A DNA stretch of 64,000 nucleotides from Candidatus Nanoarchaeia archaeon. Its GTDB lineage: Archaea > Nanobdellota > Nanobdellia > Woesearchaeales > UBA583. Below, piece after piece: positions 53,808 through 63,171 of the stretch. Location: the NCBI GenBank assembly GCA_050292425.1, contig JBNKLP010000002.1, forward strand, positions 561 through 64,560, in the 5' to 3' direction. The translations under genes were made by a program, and so were the position numbers. The stretch's first letter is position 1. Each line of letters starts with the position of its first letter. The notes beneath the pieces are model-generated. The model had not been told where the DNA came from and made no database searches. It saw only the letters and a list, made by a program, of their open reading frames with translations.

Positions 53808-54488
53808 ATGGAAAATATTCTAATAGCAATAATTGGTGAGGATTCAGATGCATCTGAAATGCTTTTCAAGGGGTTTAAAAAATTCACTCCAAGTAAAGTT
53901 GTTCTTCTTGTTAAAAAAAAATATGAAAAAAAGATAAATTCAATTGAAAAAGAACTAAGTAAGTTTGGAATCTCTTCTGAACATTATTTGGTTTCTGACT
54001 TTTTACATATGGAAGAAGTGTTTATGAAGATAAAAGATATGTCAAATCTATATTCTAAAGACAACATAGTTATAAACGTTGATACTGATTATATGTCATC
54101 ATGTCTTGCATTATCTTCTGCATTTGTGAATGGAATAGCAGCAATTGGTGTTTTAAAAGATGAAATAATAGCATATCCAATTATGAAATTCTCATATTAC
54201 AATGCAATTAATGAAAAGAAGAGATTCATACTTGAAACTATAAGCAAATATCAGGAAATAGAATCTATGGAGAAACTCTCAAAACTCACAAAAATGTCTT
54301 TGCCATTAATAGCATATCATCTAAAAGGTAATAGGGATTCAAAAGGTCTAATTGAGATGAACTTGGTTGAGGCCCAAAGAAAAGAAGGATCAATTTCTTT
54401 AAAATTGACAGAACTTGGTAGACTAATTGTTGGTGGATATATTGATTTTAATTGTAATGTTAAGAATAACAAAAAGAAAAAAATCTAA
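53808..54488 (+). CDS. Csa3-like regulator (CARF-type Rossmann-like N-domain + C-terminal winged helix)
   Basis: Collinear with the Csa3 architecture: ILIAIIGEDSD.., KVVLLV, VINVDTDYMSSCLALSSAF (position of the ..dlTGG.r... loop), then EKKRFILETISKYQEIESMEKLSKLTKMSLPLIAYHLKGN...GLI (wHTH). Confidence 0.5.
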   Translation: MENILIAIIGEDSDASEMLFKGFKKFTPSKVVLLVKKKYEKKINSIEKELSKFGISSEHYLVSDFLHMEEVFMKIKDMSNLYSKDNIVINVDTDYMSSCLALSSAFVNGIAAIGVLKDEIIAYPIMKFSYYNAINEKKRFILETISKYQEIESMEKLSKLTKMSLPLIAYHLKGNRDSKGLIEMNLVEAQRKEGSISLKLTELGRLIVGGYIDFNCNVKNNKKKKI

Positions 54489-55045
54489 ATTTTTTTTTCA
54501 ATTTTTTCTAAAAATCTATCTAATTTATGTTTATCAAAACTTTTCATATTAACTTCATACAAATCAAATTTGTTTCTTATTTTAAGTCCGCAAAATTTGA
54601 ATGTACCTTTCTTCATAGCTTTCCAAGATCCAAATCCTTTTATTAAAGCATACAACTTAGGCCCACCAAAAGTTCTTACAACACTAACTTTTCTGCCTTT
54701 CAAAAGACCAATTGGCAATCCAAGTTCACTGTATCTATATGCAAACTTGGGGGTAAACACCAGATCAAAAAACCCTTTTAGAATTGCAGGATATGATTGC
54801 CACCATATTGGAAAAATAAAAATAATCTCTTCAGACCATCTAATTAGTTCTTGATAATGTTTAACTTTTTCATTAAGATCTTTTTCTTTATTTAAAAAAC
54901 ATTTGCATTCAAAATTATCACGATACAAATCGATGTCTTTTACTTCTGCTCTTTTATCTTTTAACATTTCTTTAATTCTTTGACATATCTCTTTATTTAA
55001 GGATTCTTTTTTAGGATGAGAAACTATAATTAAGTATCTTTTCAT
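54485..55045 (-). CDS. flavodoxin-like fold NAD(P)H-dependent oxidoreductase (NQO1/MdaB-like)
   Basis: MKRYLIIVSHPKKESLN and FIFPIWWQSYPAILKGFFDLVF are typical of the Flavodoxin_2 family. Confidence 0.7.
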   Translation of the reverse strand: MKRYLIIVSHPKKESLNKEICQRIKEMLKDKRAEVKDIDLYRDNFECKCFLNKEKDLNEKVKHYQELIRWSEEIIFIFPIWWQSYPAILKGFFDLVFTPKFAYRYSELGLPIGLLKGRKVSVVRTFGGPKLYALIKGFGSWKAMKKGTFKFCGLKIRNKFDLYEVNMKSFDKHKLDRFLEKIEKKI

Positions 55046-55134
55046 AATTTTTTTATATTTTCTACTTATTTAAATATTTTCTTTAAGTGTAAAAGAAGAT
55101 TTATAAATATTAAAAACAATATATATAGATTACT

Positions 55135-55536
55135 ATGGTTAAATGTTATTTACCAAAAAATCCAGATCTTGGTTCCTTTTTACTAAGATTGACATTAGGA
55201 CTGCTTTTCATTTATGGAGGAGCGGGTAAACTTTTTGGAATTCTTGGAGGTCCAGGAATCGAAATGTTTTCAGGAATGGTTTGGGGTTCAGTTGCAATTG
55301 CATATTTAGTAGGAATTGTTGAACTTCTTGCTGGTATTGGCTTAATAATTGGTTTTATGCCAAGACATTCTGCACTTCTACTTATTATTGTAATGGTATT
55401 TGCAATATTCATGGTGCACAATCCATTTTCAAATATTGGAAATCTTATGGATGCTCTAATTAGATTGACAATTATTGGAGGACTTGCTCAAATCTTATTA
55501 TCTGGTCCTGGAGACATGTTAAATTTGGAAAAATAA
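55135..55536 (+). CDS. DoxX-family membrane protein
   Basis: LLRLTLGLLFIYGGAGKLF is the DoxX signature. 133 aa with 4 TM helices. Confidence 0.7.
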   Translation: MVKCYLPKNPDLGSFLLRLTLGLLFIYGGAGKLFGILGGPGIEMFSGMVWGSVAIAYLVGIVELLAGIGLIIGFMPRHSALLLIIVMVFAIFMVHNPFSNIGNLMDALIRLTIIGGLAQILLSGPGDMLNLEK

Positions 55537-55650
55537 TTTCAAATTTTTAATACGAATTTTTAAAATTATTTTATTTTTTATCCAAAAAGAAATTTAATTT
55601 CAAAATTGGAAACTAAAACCTTATAAAGAATTAAGTTACAACTATTTCTA

Positions 55651-55750
55651 TCTAAGAAAATTCCTTAGATCAGGTTTTTCCAGTTTTGCTCAAATGAACA
55701 TGAGCCTTGGAACATTTTGTTTTCTTGCCGAAAAACTGGCTAAACTAAGG
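55651..55750 (+). promoter_or_regulatory. structured 5' leader of radA with alternative pairings over the SD-like AAGGT
   Basis: A TATA-like TTATAAAG lies at 55621-55628. CTTAG (55664-55668) can pair either with TCTAAG (55651-55656) or with CTAAGG (55745-55750, overlapping AAGGT 7 nt before the ATG). The nested helices are CCAGTTTT (55680-55687)/AAAACTGG (55732-55739) and GCTCA (55688-55692)/TGAGC (55701-55705). Confidence 0.35.
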
Positions 55751-55758
55751 TATGTAAA

Positions 55759-56715
55759 ATGACAAAAGATAAAGAACTTACTATCTCTGACCTACCTGGA
55801 GTAGGGCCAAGTACAGCTGAGAAATTAGCTGCTGCAGGAATTGACACACTTCTTGCAATTGCTGTATCCTCAATAGGAGTTTTAACTGAGGAAGCTGGCG
55901 TTTCTGATGCTGTGGCAAGAAAAATGATTCAGGCAGCAAGAGATATGATGGATATGGGATTTGAGACTGCTGATACAATTTTAGAAAAAAGACAACAAAT
56001 AAATAAAATTAAAACAGGTTCAGAGAGTTTTGATGAAGTTATGGGAGGAGGATTTGAAACAGGTGCAATAACTGAATGTTTTGGTGAATTCGGTTCAGGA
56101 AAAACTCAGGTTGCACATCAATTGGCAGTAAATGTTCAGATTCCAAAAGAACAAGGAGGTAATGAAGGAAAAGTAATTTACATTGATACTGAAAATACTT
56201 TCAGGCCTGAAAGAATTGAACAAATGGCTCAAAAAGCAGGACTTGATTTTGAGACTTGTTTGAAGAATATTAAGATCGCAAGAGCATATAACTCAGATCA
56301 TCAAATGCTTCTGGCAGAAAAGGCAGAAGACCTTTTGAAAACTGGAGAATACAAACTTTTAATTGTGGATTCCCTGACAGCTCATTTTAGAGCAGAATTT
56401 ATTGGAAGAGGAACATTGTCTGAAAGACAGCAAAAACTAAACAAACATATGCATCAGCTTCTTAAAATTGCTGATATGTACAACTGTTGTGTTGTTGTAA
56501 CAAATCAGGTTATGGCAAAACCAAATGTGATGTTTGGAGATCCTACTCAAGCAATTGGAGGTCATGTTGTTGGTCACTCATCAACATTTAGAATCTATTT
56601 GAGAAAAGGTAAAAAAGGGTCAAGAGTTGCAAAACTTGTTGATAGTCCAAACCTGCCTGAAAATGAATGTATGTTTTTTGTGAATACATCTGGACTTTCA
56701 GATAAGGAAGAGTAA
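55759..56715 (+). CDS. radA: DNA repair and recombination protein RadA
   Basis: The N-terminal HhH is [20 protein letters not shown]. The Walker A is GEFGSGKTQ and the Walker B is LLIVDSL. The 318-aa size fits. Confidence 0.9.
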   Translation: MTKDKELTISDLPGVGPSTAEKLAAAGIDTLLAIAVSSIGVLTEEAGVSDAVARKMIQAARDMMDMGFETADTILEKRQQINKIKTGSESFDEVMGGGFETGAITECFGEFGSGKTQVAHQLAVNVQIPKEQGGNEGKVIYIDTENTFRPERIEQMAQKAGLDFETCLKNIKIARAYNSDHQMLLAEKAEDLLKTGEYKLLIVDSLTAHFRAEFIGRGTLSERQQKLNKHMHQLLKIADMYNCCVVVTNQVMAKPNVMFGDPTQAIGGHVVGHSSTFRIYLRKGKKGSRVAKLVDSPNLPENECMFFVNTSGLSDKEE

Positions 56716-56752
56716 AAACTCTTATAAATATTAATTTTTTAATTATTTATGT

Positions 56753-57070
56753 ATGACTACAAATAATGACAAAACAATGGGTGTTCTTAGCCACGTGCTA
56801 GGAATCTTTACGGGTTTTATAGGACCTTTAGTAATTTATTTGGTTGCTAAAGATGAGTTTAACAAATCTCAAGCAAAAGAAGCATTAAACTGGCAAATTT
56901 CTTTGTTAATATATATGATCATTTCTGGAATTTTAATAATAATCTTAGTTGGTATCTTGCTAATAGGAATTCTTTCTCTATTAAACTTGGTATTTTGTAT
57001 CATTGCTGCAGTAAGAGCATCAAATGGAACACCTTGGAAATATCCAATGACTATTAGATTTATTAAATAA
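56753..57070 (+). CDS. DUF4870-like small membrane protein
   Basis: LSHVLGIFTGFIGPLVIYLV.KDEF...AKEALNWQIS... and the C-terminal AAVRASNGTPWKYPMTIRFI match the DUF4870 pattern. Confidence 0.6.
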   Translation: MTTNNDKTMGVLSHVLGIFTGFIGPLVIYLVAKDEFNKSQAKEALNWQISLLIYMIISGILIIILVGILLIGILSLLNLVFCIIAAVRASNGTPWKYPMTIRFIK

Positions 57071-57153
57071 TCTTTTTCACATCTTCTTTACTCTTGCTTT
57101 CAACAACAAATTTATTTAAACAAGATTTATTCCCCTATAATTGAAAATAAAAA

Positions 57154-57387
57154 ATGGACTTTATTGACAAAAAAGAAAAACTTGCTGACCTTTTAGAAGA
57201 ATTTATTGAAAACAATCAAAAAGAAGCTGAACTAACATCATACATTCAGGAACTCTCAAAAGATATAGAATTTAAGGGGAAAGAATTATTTGGAAATTTA
57301 TTTCAAGAACTAATTCAGTATTTGCCTGAGCTTTCAAGAAAAGAACTAAAACAAAGAGTATTGATAATAAGAAGTTTCATAGAATAA
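57154..57387 (+). CDS. hypothetical small helical protein
   Basis: 77-aa Glu/Leu/Lys-rich ORF with no motif. Confidence 0.35.
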   Translation: MDFIDKKEKLADLLEEFIENNQKEAELTSYIQELSKDIEFKGKELFGNLFQELIQYLPELSRKELKQRVLIIRSFIE

Positions 57388-57392
57388 TTTTT

Positions 57393-58829
57393 TTACTTCA
57401 ACCAATCAACAAGCAATCTTACTCCTCTTCCAGTTCCAAATTCAGGCATGTATTTCTCAGGAACATAAGCTCTTGCAGCACCTGCAATATCTAAATGAAC
57501 CCATTTAACATCATTATCAATAAACTTTTCCAAGAAAGCCCCAGCAGTAATTGTTCCACCAAATTTCCCTCCAATGTTCTTTATATCAGCCATCTTTCCT
57601 TTTATTGCTTCCCTGTGTTCTTCATAAATTGGCAACTCCCAAACTCTATCATAAGTTTTCTCTCCACTCTCAAAAATTTCTTTCTTCATCTTATCATCAT
57701 TACCCATCATTCCAATAAGTTTAGGTCCTAAAGCTACAAGACAAGCTCCTGTAAGTGTTGCCATATCAACTATTTTGCTTGGTTTGAAATTCTTCTGAAC
57801 ATAAGCAAGTGAATCTGCTAAAACCAAACGACCTTCTGCATCTGTATTTCCTATCTCAACTGAGGTTCCATTATATCCAATAAAAATGTCTCCTGGTTTG
57901 TAAGCTTTTGATCCAATTGCATTCTCAACAAGTCCCATAACCAAAACAATATTCTTCTTCAAACCTAATTCAACAATAGCTTTGAAAGCTCCAAAAACAG
58001 TTGCAGCTCCTCCCATATCAGTTTTCATATCTTCAATGTATCCAGTCGGTTTTAGATTAATTCCTCCTGCATCAAAAGTAACGCCTTTACCTACTAAAGC
58101 AATCTTCTCTTTTGACTTTGAGTTTCCATTATATTCAACTATAACAAGTCTTGGAGGATTTGCAGCTCCTTTCCCCACAGCATACATCAAATTCAATTTT
58201 TCTTTCACCAAAGCTTTCTCATCTAAAACTTTAATTTTTAATTTATTCTTCTTTGCAAATTCCTTTGCAAGTGATTCCATTTTTGCGGGAGTAATTATAT
58301 CAGCATTTTCATTAACAAGATTTCTTGTAAACTTCACATGTGAGCAAACAAGCATTTTCTCCTTTACAGTTTTTGAAAATTTAGCATTAACATTCAAACT
58401 AACATTCATTTCTTTTTTCTTTTTCTTTTCCTCAACAGATTTTGATAAATATTTGTCAAATTTGTAATCTGTAAGTTCAATACCATCTACAATTGCTCCT
58501 ATTTCATCAGTATCTTCTTTAGGAATATTAATTAAAATATCAAATTCTTTTTTTGCCTTAAGTATATTAAAAATATTTGAGTAACCTTTTCTCAAATCTT
58601 CCAATTCATATTTCTTATCAAATCCATAAAGTAAGTATTTTTTCTCTTCAATATTAAAAAAAAGAGCTTCATCTTTTTTTCCTTCATAAGAAAAAATCTT
58701 CATAACTTTATCAAATTCCAATTTTAATTTTTTATCAATTGAATTAAAAAAATTAATCTTTTTTTTATCAGAGAATACACAGAAGATTCTACAGTTTTTC
58801 TCTTTTGAACCAATACTTATTTTTACCAT
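57393..58829 (-). CDS. pepA: leucyl aminopeptidase (M17 family)
   Basis: VGKGVTFDAGGINLKP and the M17 signature NTDAEGRLVLAD are present. Confidence 0.9.
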   Translation of the reverse strand: MVKISIGSKEKNCRIFCVFSDKKKINFFNSIDKKLKLEFDKVMKIFSYEGKKDEALFFNIEEKKYLLYGFDKKYELEDLRKGYSNIFNILKAKKEFDILINIPKEDTDEIGAIVDGIELTDYKFDKYLSKSVEEKKKKKEMNVSLNVNAKFSKTVKEKMLVCSHVKFTRNLVNENADIITPAKMESLAKEFAKKNKLKIKVLDEKALVKEKLNLMYAVGKGAANPPRLVIVEYNGNSKSKEKIALVGKGVTFDAGGINLKPTGYIEDMKTDMGGAATVFGAFKAIVELGLKKNIVLVMGLVENAIGSKAYKPGDIFIGYNGTSVEIGNTDAEGRLVLADSLAYVQKNFKPSKIVDMATLTGACLVALGPKLIGMMGNDDKMKKEIFESGEKTYDRVWELPIYEEHREAIKGKMADIKNIGGKFGGTITAGAFLEKFIDNDVKWVHLDIAGAARAYVPEKYMPEFGTGRGVRLLVDWLK

Positions 58830-58859
58830 AAATAAAATTAAGAAAAGAACTTTATAAAA

Positions 58860-61349
58860 CTATTTAAAATCAATATCATCATCAAAAAACATCTCATCAT
58901 CATACTGCTGTTGATTGTTTCCCTCTTCTGCTTGTCTATTCATTCTTATAAATCTTATTACAACAATAAGAATGGCAAGAACAGTCACTATAATAACTAT
59001 TGCCCATATCCAAGTATTTGATGTTCCACTCATTTGACCAGAATTATCAACATATACAGGTATTTTTTTAACATACCCTCCATCTGATGTAATAATAAGA
59101 TTTCCTGTTGAATTAGCTCCAAGCATTTTAAATAATGTTGGATTTTTAATTGAAAAGAAAATATCTCTTGTATCATTTGCAGCAATAATTTTTTCAACTT
59201 CCACTGGTTCAATAATTCCTACAAGGTCTCCATCAACACTTACAGAAACAACTTGCTTGTCTTTAACTGCACTGCTAAGTTCGACAGAAAAATCTGCAGT
59301 TGAATCCAAACTAACAAAAGCATCTTTGATATCAAATGAAACTTCTGCAATTGCAACATCCAAATTAATAGGAATAACAAAGTCAACTCCATTAAACTCA
59401 CAATTAATCTCCATTGAATTCTCTCCTTCAATCATTTCAAGATTCTTGATATAAATATTTGGAGTTCTCTCATTTATTATGACATTTTCCTGATTATTGT
59501 TAAATGGATTCTTGTAAGTACATGTTGCCTCAAATGTAGGGATATTATTATCTACTCTCAAAACAACATTTAAATCATCCAAAGAAATATCATCTTTTTC
59601 TACCAAAATTGAAAATGGGACAGGTCCTTCAAGATTGATAGGCATCTTTATTAAATCAATTTTTGCATTTTTCCCATCAACTCCTTCAATGCTAAGTTCA
59701 CCAGTAGTTCTTCCATAAAATCCATTTGACAATGTTACATTAAAACTTGTTTTCTCCTCTCCTTCCAAATTTCCTAAATCAATGGAATATGAAACATAAT
59801 CATTTATGTTATCACTAAAACTCATCTTCAAATCTCTTAACTTGTAAATTGTTGGATTTTCAATTTCAAAAGTAGTTGTTCCTTTAATTTCATTAACTGC
59901 TGAAATAATAATGTAAGGTTTTATCTGCTCCTTTATTGCAAGATATGCAAGAGCATTTTTTTCAATAGAACCCCAACCTGAAATTGGTTCAGAATAATAA
60001 ATCCATTTTTTTCCATCAATTACATATTCAGAATCTGTTGTAAGTGTATTTTGCAAACCCATAACTGCCCATGCTGTTTGTATTATTCTATCAAACTTTG
60101 AATTTTCTCCCCAAGACCCATCATTATTCTGCCTGAATTTTAAGTAATCTCCAATCTCTTCATCCTCAACATAATAAATGTACTTTCCACTATCCATAAT
60201 TTTGTCATCAGAATCTATATATTCTTCAGTATTAAATTCAATTATCAAAGAATTCAGATAATTGTCAAGATTTGCAGAATCCTCTATTGAATCACCATAA
60301 GTTATAAGAGCATTTACAGTATCTTCAAAACTACAATCATCTTCTCCAAAGCAGGCAAAACTTTCAATATTGAAAGTAAATCCTGAAACATCCTCATAAT
60401 TCTCAAACTCTTGAATATTGTCATTTGTATTATACAACTTAAAATCAAATTCAGTAAGTGTTTCATTACACTCAAAAACTATTTTCTCTGAAGCATCCTT
60501 GTCAATTAGATAATAATCCACGTCCATAGTATATGTTTTTGTACTCTCATCATCAATTGTCAAATCACATTCAATTTCTGAACTATTGTCAAAATCACTA
60601 TCTGAAACATCAATAACAAATCTAAGAGGATTATTATCATTATTAATCATATTCTTTTCCAGATAATTTCTTCCATCTTCTATTAATCTTGATTCCAAAT
60701 CATAACCTGCAATTTGCAGATTTCTTAGAATTTTTGTGGTGTCAGTCAAATCACAATTGTTTGATGGCCAACACTTGTTCTCATTGTCTCTAAGATTTTT
60801 AAGGTGTTCATAAACTTCAGCTGATAATACACTGTTTTGTGTCTCCAAATCATTAAGCACAACTAAAAAATAACTAATTTCTTCACTGTTTAAACTTTCA
60901 TAATCATTTCCTATAACATGATTGATAAGTTTTGATTGTTTTTGTTCAGTGAACTCTCTAGTTATTTTTCTTTCCTTGTTATCAATGTCATAATTAATTT
61001 CCAATGTAAAATCACTACATTCTAGATTTTCCAACTCATAATTTGAGAAATAACATCCATCTTCTCCTGTATCCTTGAACATTTTGAGTTCATTTCTGTT
61101 TGAACCACATACTATTTCCGTCTTTATATTCTGAGGATCATCATTTGAGCAAAAGGAAAACGACAGATATTCATTCTCAATATAGTGAATAAGATCATAT
61201 ACATTTTCTTCCTCACCAAAATAATTAGGGGAATAAATTGTAAGTCCGTCCGGTGTTGGTTTTGAGGTCTGTGTCGTCTTTGCAGAAACCCCCATGCTAA
61301 GTACTAAGAAAATTATTATTATACTAGAAAACCTCAAAAATCTTTTCAT
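58860..61349 (-). CDS. large surface protein: signal peptide, prenyltransferase/terpene-cyclase-like repeat region, Ig-like-rich C-half, C-terminal TM anchor and acidic tail
   Basis: The signal peptide is MKRFLRFSSIIIIFLVLSMGVSA. RQNNDGSWGENSKFDRIIQTAWAVMGL is the characteristic alpha/alpha-toroid repeat motif. The TM is WIWAIVIIVTVLAILIVVI, followed by an acidic tail. Confidence 0.5.
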   Translation of the reverse strand: MKRFLRFSSIIIIFLVLSMGVSAKTTQTSKPTPDGLTIYSPNYFGEEENVYDLIHYIENEYLSFSFCSNDDPQNIKTEIVCGSNRNELKMFKDTGEDGCYFSNYELENLECSDFTLEINYDIDNKERKITREFTEQKQSKLINHVIGNDYESLNSEEISYFLVVLNDLETQNSVLSAEVYEHLKNLRDNENKCWPSNNCDLTDTTKILRNLQIAGYDLESRLIEDGRNYLEKNMINNDNNPLRFVIDVSDSDFDNSSEIECDLTIDDESTKTYTMDVDYYLIDKDASEKIVFECNETLTEFDFKLYNTNDNIQEFENYEDVSGFTFNIESFACFGEDDCSFEDTVNALITYGDSIEDSANLDNYLNSLIIEFNTEEYIDSDDKIMDSGKYIYYVEDEEIGDYLKFRQNNDGSWGENSKFDRIIQTAWAVMGLQNTLTTDSEYVIDGKKWIYYSEPISGWGSIEKNALAYLAIKEQIKPYIIISAVNEIKGTTTFEIENPTIYKLRDLKMSFSDNINDYVSYSIDLGNLEGEEKTSFNVTLSNGFYGRTTGELSIEGVDGKNAKIDLIKMPINLEGPVPFSILVEKDDISLDDLNVVLRVDNNIPTFEATCTYKNPFNNNQENVIINERTPNIYIKNLEMIEGENSMEINCEFNGVDFVIPINLDVAIAEVSFDIKDAFVSLDSTADFSVELSSAVKDKQVVSVSVDGDLVGIIEPVEVEKIIAANDTRDIFFSIKNPTLFKMLGANSTGNLIITSDGGYVKKIPVYVDNSGQMSGTSNTWIWAIVIIVTVLAILIVVIRFIRMNRQAEEGNNQQQYDDEMFFDDDIDFK

Positions 61350-61457
61350 CTGTAAAATTCTACTTCTTATCTTTTATCAGATTTTATCATTACTTTCATT
61401 TGGTGAAAACTAAAAGCAATAAAAAACCTTTTAAACACCGCAAAATATTACTTAATT

Positions 61458-62354
61458 ATGAAGAAAAAAACACAAGAAAAAACAAAGTACTCTTTCTATC
61501 AAAAAAATTACAAAAACTTGATGATTTTTCCAATTGTTTTATTTGTTCTTGCGCTAATTTCAATATTCAATACGGTTGGGGTTGATGGCACTCCCATTCA
61601 TAGAGATATTTCTCTTAAGGGAGGTCTTAGTGCAATAATTGTCGTTCCAACAGAGATATCTGTTGATGAGTTCTCAACAGTTCTTGAAAACAATTTCCCC
61701 TCAAATACTTTTGCAATTTCAGAAACATTTGAACAAGGAATAAGAGAAGGATTTATTGTAGATACTGATCTTGACGAGGATTCATTTAAGCAGTTTATTG
61801 AGAACTATTTTCAAACCGCTTTTGAATTTGGAGACAATTACTCTTCAAACTTTATATCACCAACTCTCTCATCAGCATTTTTCAAACAAGCAGTATTCAT
61901 ACTTTTAATCTCTTTTGTGTTAATGTCCTCTGTAATCTTTTTGTACTTTAGAGAATTTGTTCCCTCTGGTGCTGTTGTTCTTTCAGCTCTATTTGACATA
62001 ATTGTAACAATAGGAGTTCTTGATTTTTTTGGTTTTAAAATTTCAATTGCAGGAATAGGAGCACTTTTAATGTTAATAGGTTACTCAATTGATACAGATG
62101 TTCTTCTAACAAACAGGTTAATCAAAGAATTTGGAGATAATTACTTTGAAAAAACATTTGATGCCTTCAAGACTGGAACTCTTATGTCATTTACGACCTT
62201 GATAGCAGGAGTTGCAGCTATCTTTCTGACAAACTCAGATATCATTGCAGAAATTGCAACAATTTTGGTAGTTGGACTTCTTGTAGATTATGTTTCAACA
62301 TGGCTCCAGAACACAGGGATTCTTCTTTGGTGGCTTGAGAAAAAACAAAGATAA
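61458..62354 (+). CDS. secF: protein-export membrane protein SecF
   Basis: N-terminal TM, extracytoplasmic domain, then 5 TM helices with LSALFDIIVTIGVLDFFGFKISIAGIGALLMLIGYSIDTDVLL, which is typical of SecD/F. The 298-aa size fits SecF. Confidence 0.75.
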   Translation: MKKKTQEKTKYSFYQKNYKNLMIFPIVLFVLALISIFNTVGVDGTPIHRDISLKGGLSAIIVVPTEISVDEFSTVLENNFPSNTFAISETFEQGIREGFIVDTDLDEDSFKQFIENYFQTAFEFGDNYSSNFISPTLSSAFFKQAVFILLISFVLMSSVIFLYFREFVPSGAVVLSALFDIIVTIGVLDFFGFKISIAGIGALLMLIGYSIDTDVLLTNRLIKEFGDNYFEKTFDAFKTGTLMSFTTLIAGVAAIFLTNSDIIAEIATILVVGLLVDYVSTWLQNTGILLWWLEKKQR

Positions 62355-62408
62355 ATTTTTATTCTATTTACTTAAATTTCAATAAATATAAACAATTATA
62401 AGTATTAT

Positions 62409-63104
62409 TTATCTGAAAACTTCATGGTAAATTGACTTTTCATCCATTCCCATTTCAATTAACTTGTCTTTAGCTCCATCAAACATAGCAGGAAGACCAC
62501 ATGCATAAACTTCGCAGTTCATAGGATCAATCATATCAAAATTATCTTGAACATGCCCTGCTCTTCCCTGCCAGTTTTCTCCTCTTGAAACTACAGGGAC
62601 GTATTTGAAATTAGGATGTTCTTTCTCAAATCTTTCAAACTCTTCCTTAAACAAAACTTCATTCTCCTTTCTGCATCCAAAAATAAGAACAACCTCTTTC
62701 TCAGTTTTTTTTTCATAAAGCAAATCCTGAATCATTCCTCTAAGTGGAGCAACACCAGTTCCAGTTCCAACAAATACTAATTTGTCCTTTTCTCCTCTTA
62801 CTGTAAACATTCCCAAAGGTCCTCTGATTTTAACAGAATCTCCTTCTTTCTTATTCCATAAATGAGGTGTTGCTCTGCCATCTGGAACCAACTTAATACA
62901 TAGTTGAAGAGAATTAATATGTGCAGGAGAGGATGCAATAGAATAAGGTTTTTTAAAATCTTCTCCTCCATCTTCAAACTCCAGATTAACAAACTGTCCT
63001 GCTTTGAACTTCATCTCTCCTTCCAAATCAATTGTAAACAATCTAACTGAAGGGGACATGTCCTCAATCTTTCTTAATTTAGCATCATAAACTTGCATTG
63101 CCAT
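62409..63104 (-). CDS. ferredoxin-NADP reductase-type FAD/NAD(P)-binding oxidoreductase
   Basis: FKAGQFVNLEF, the RxYS-type FAD motif KPYSIASSP, and the NAD(P) motif FVGTGTGVAPLRGM are present. Confidence 0.75.
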   Translation of the reverse strand: MAMQVYDAKLRKIEDMSPSVRLFTIDLEGEMKFKAGQFVNLEFEDGGEDFKKPYSIASSPAHINSLQLCIKLVPDGRATPHLWNKKEGDSVKIRGPLGMFTVRGEKDKLVFVGTGTGVAPLRGMIQDLLYEKKTEKEVVLIFGCRKENEVLFKEEFERFEKEHPNFKYVPVVSRGENWQGRAGHVQDNFDMIDPMNCEVYACGLPAMFDGAKDKLIEMGMDEKSIYHEVFR

Positions 63105-63171
63105 ACCTTAAACTAAGAACAATCTTTTATTAATATTTGTTGTACTAAATAAGAAATAAATAGGTTATAAT

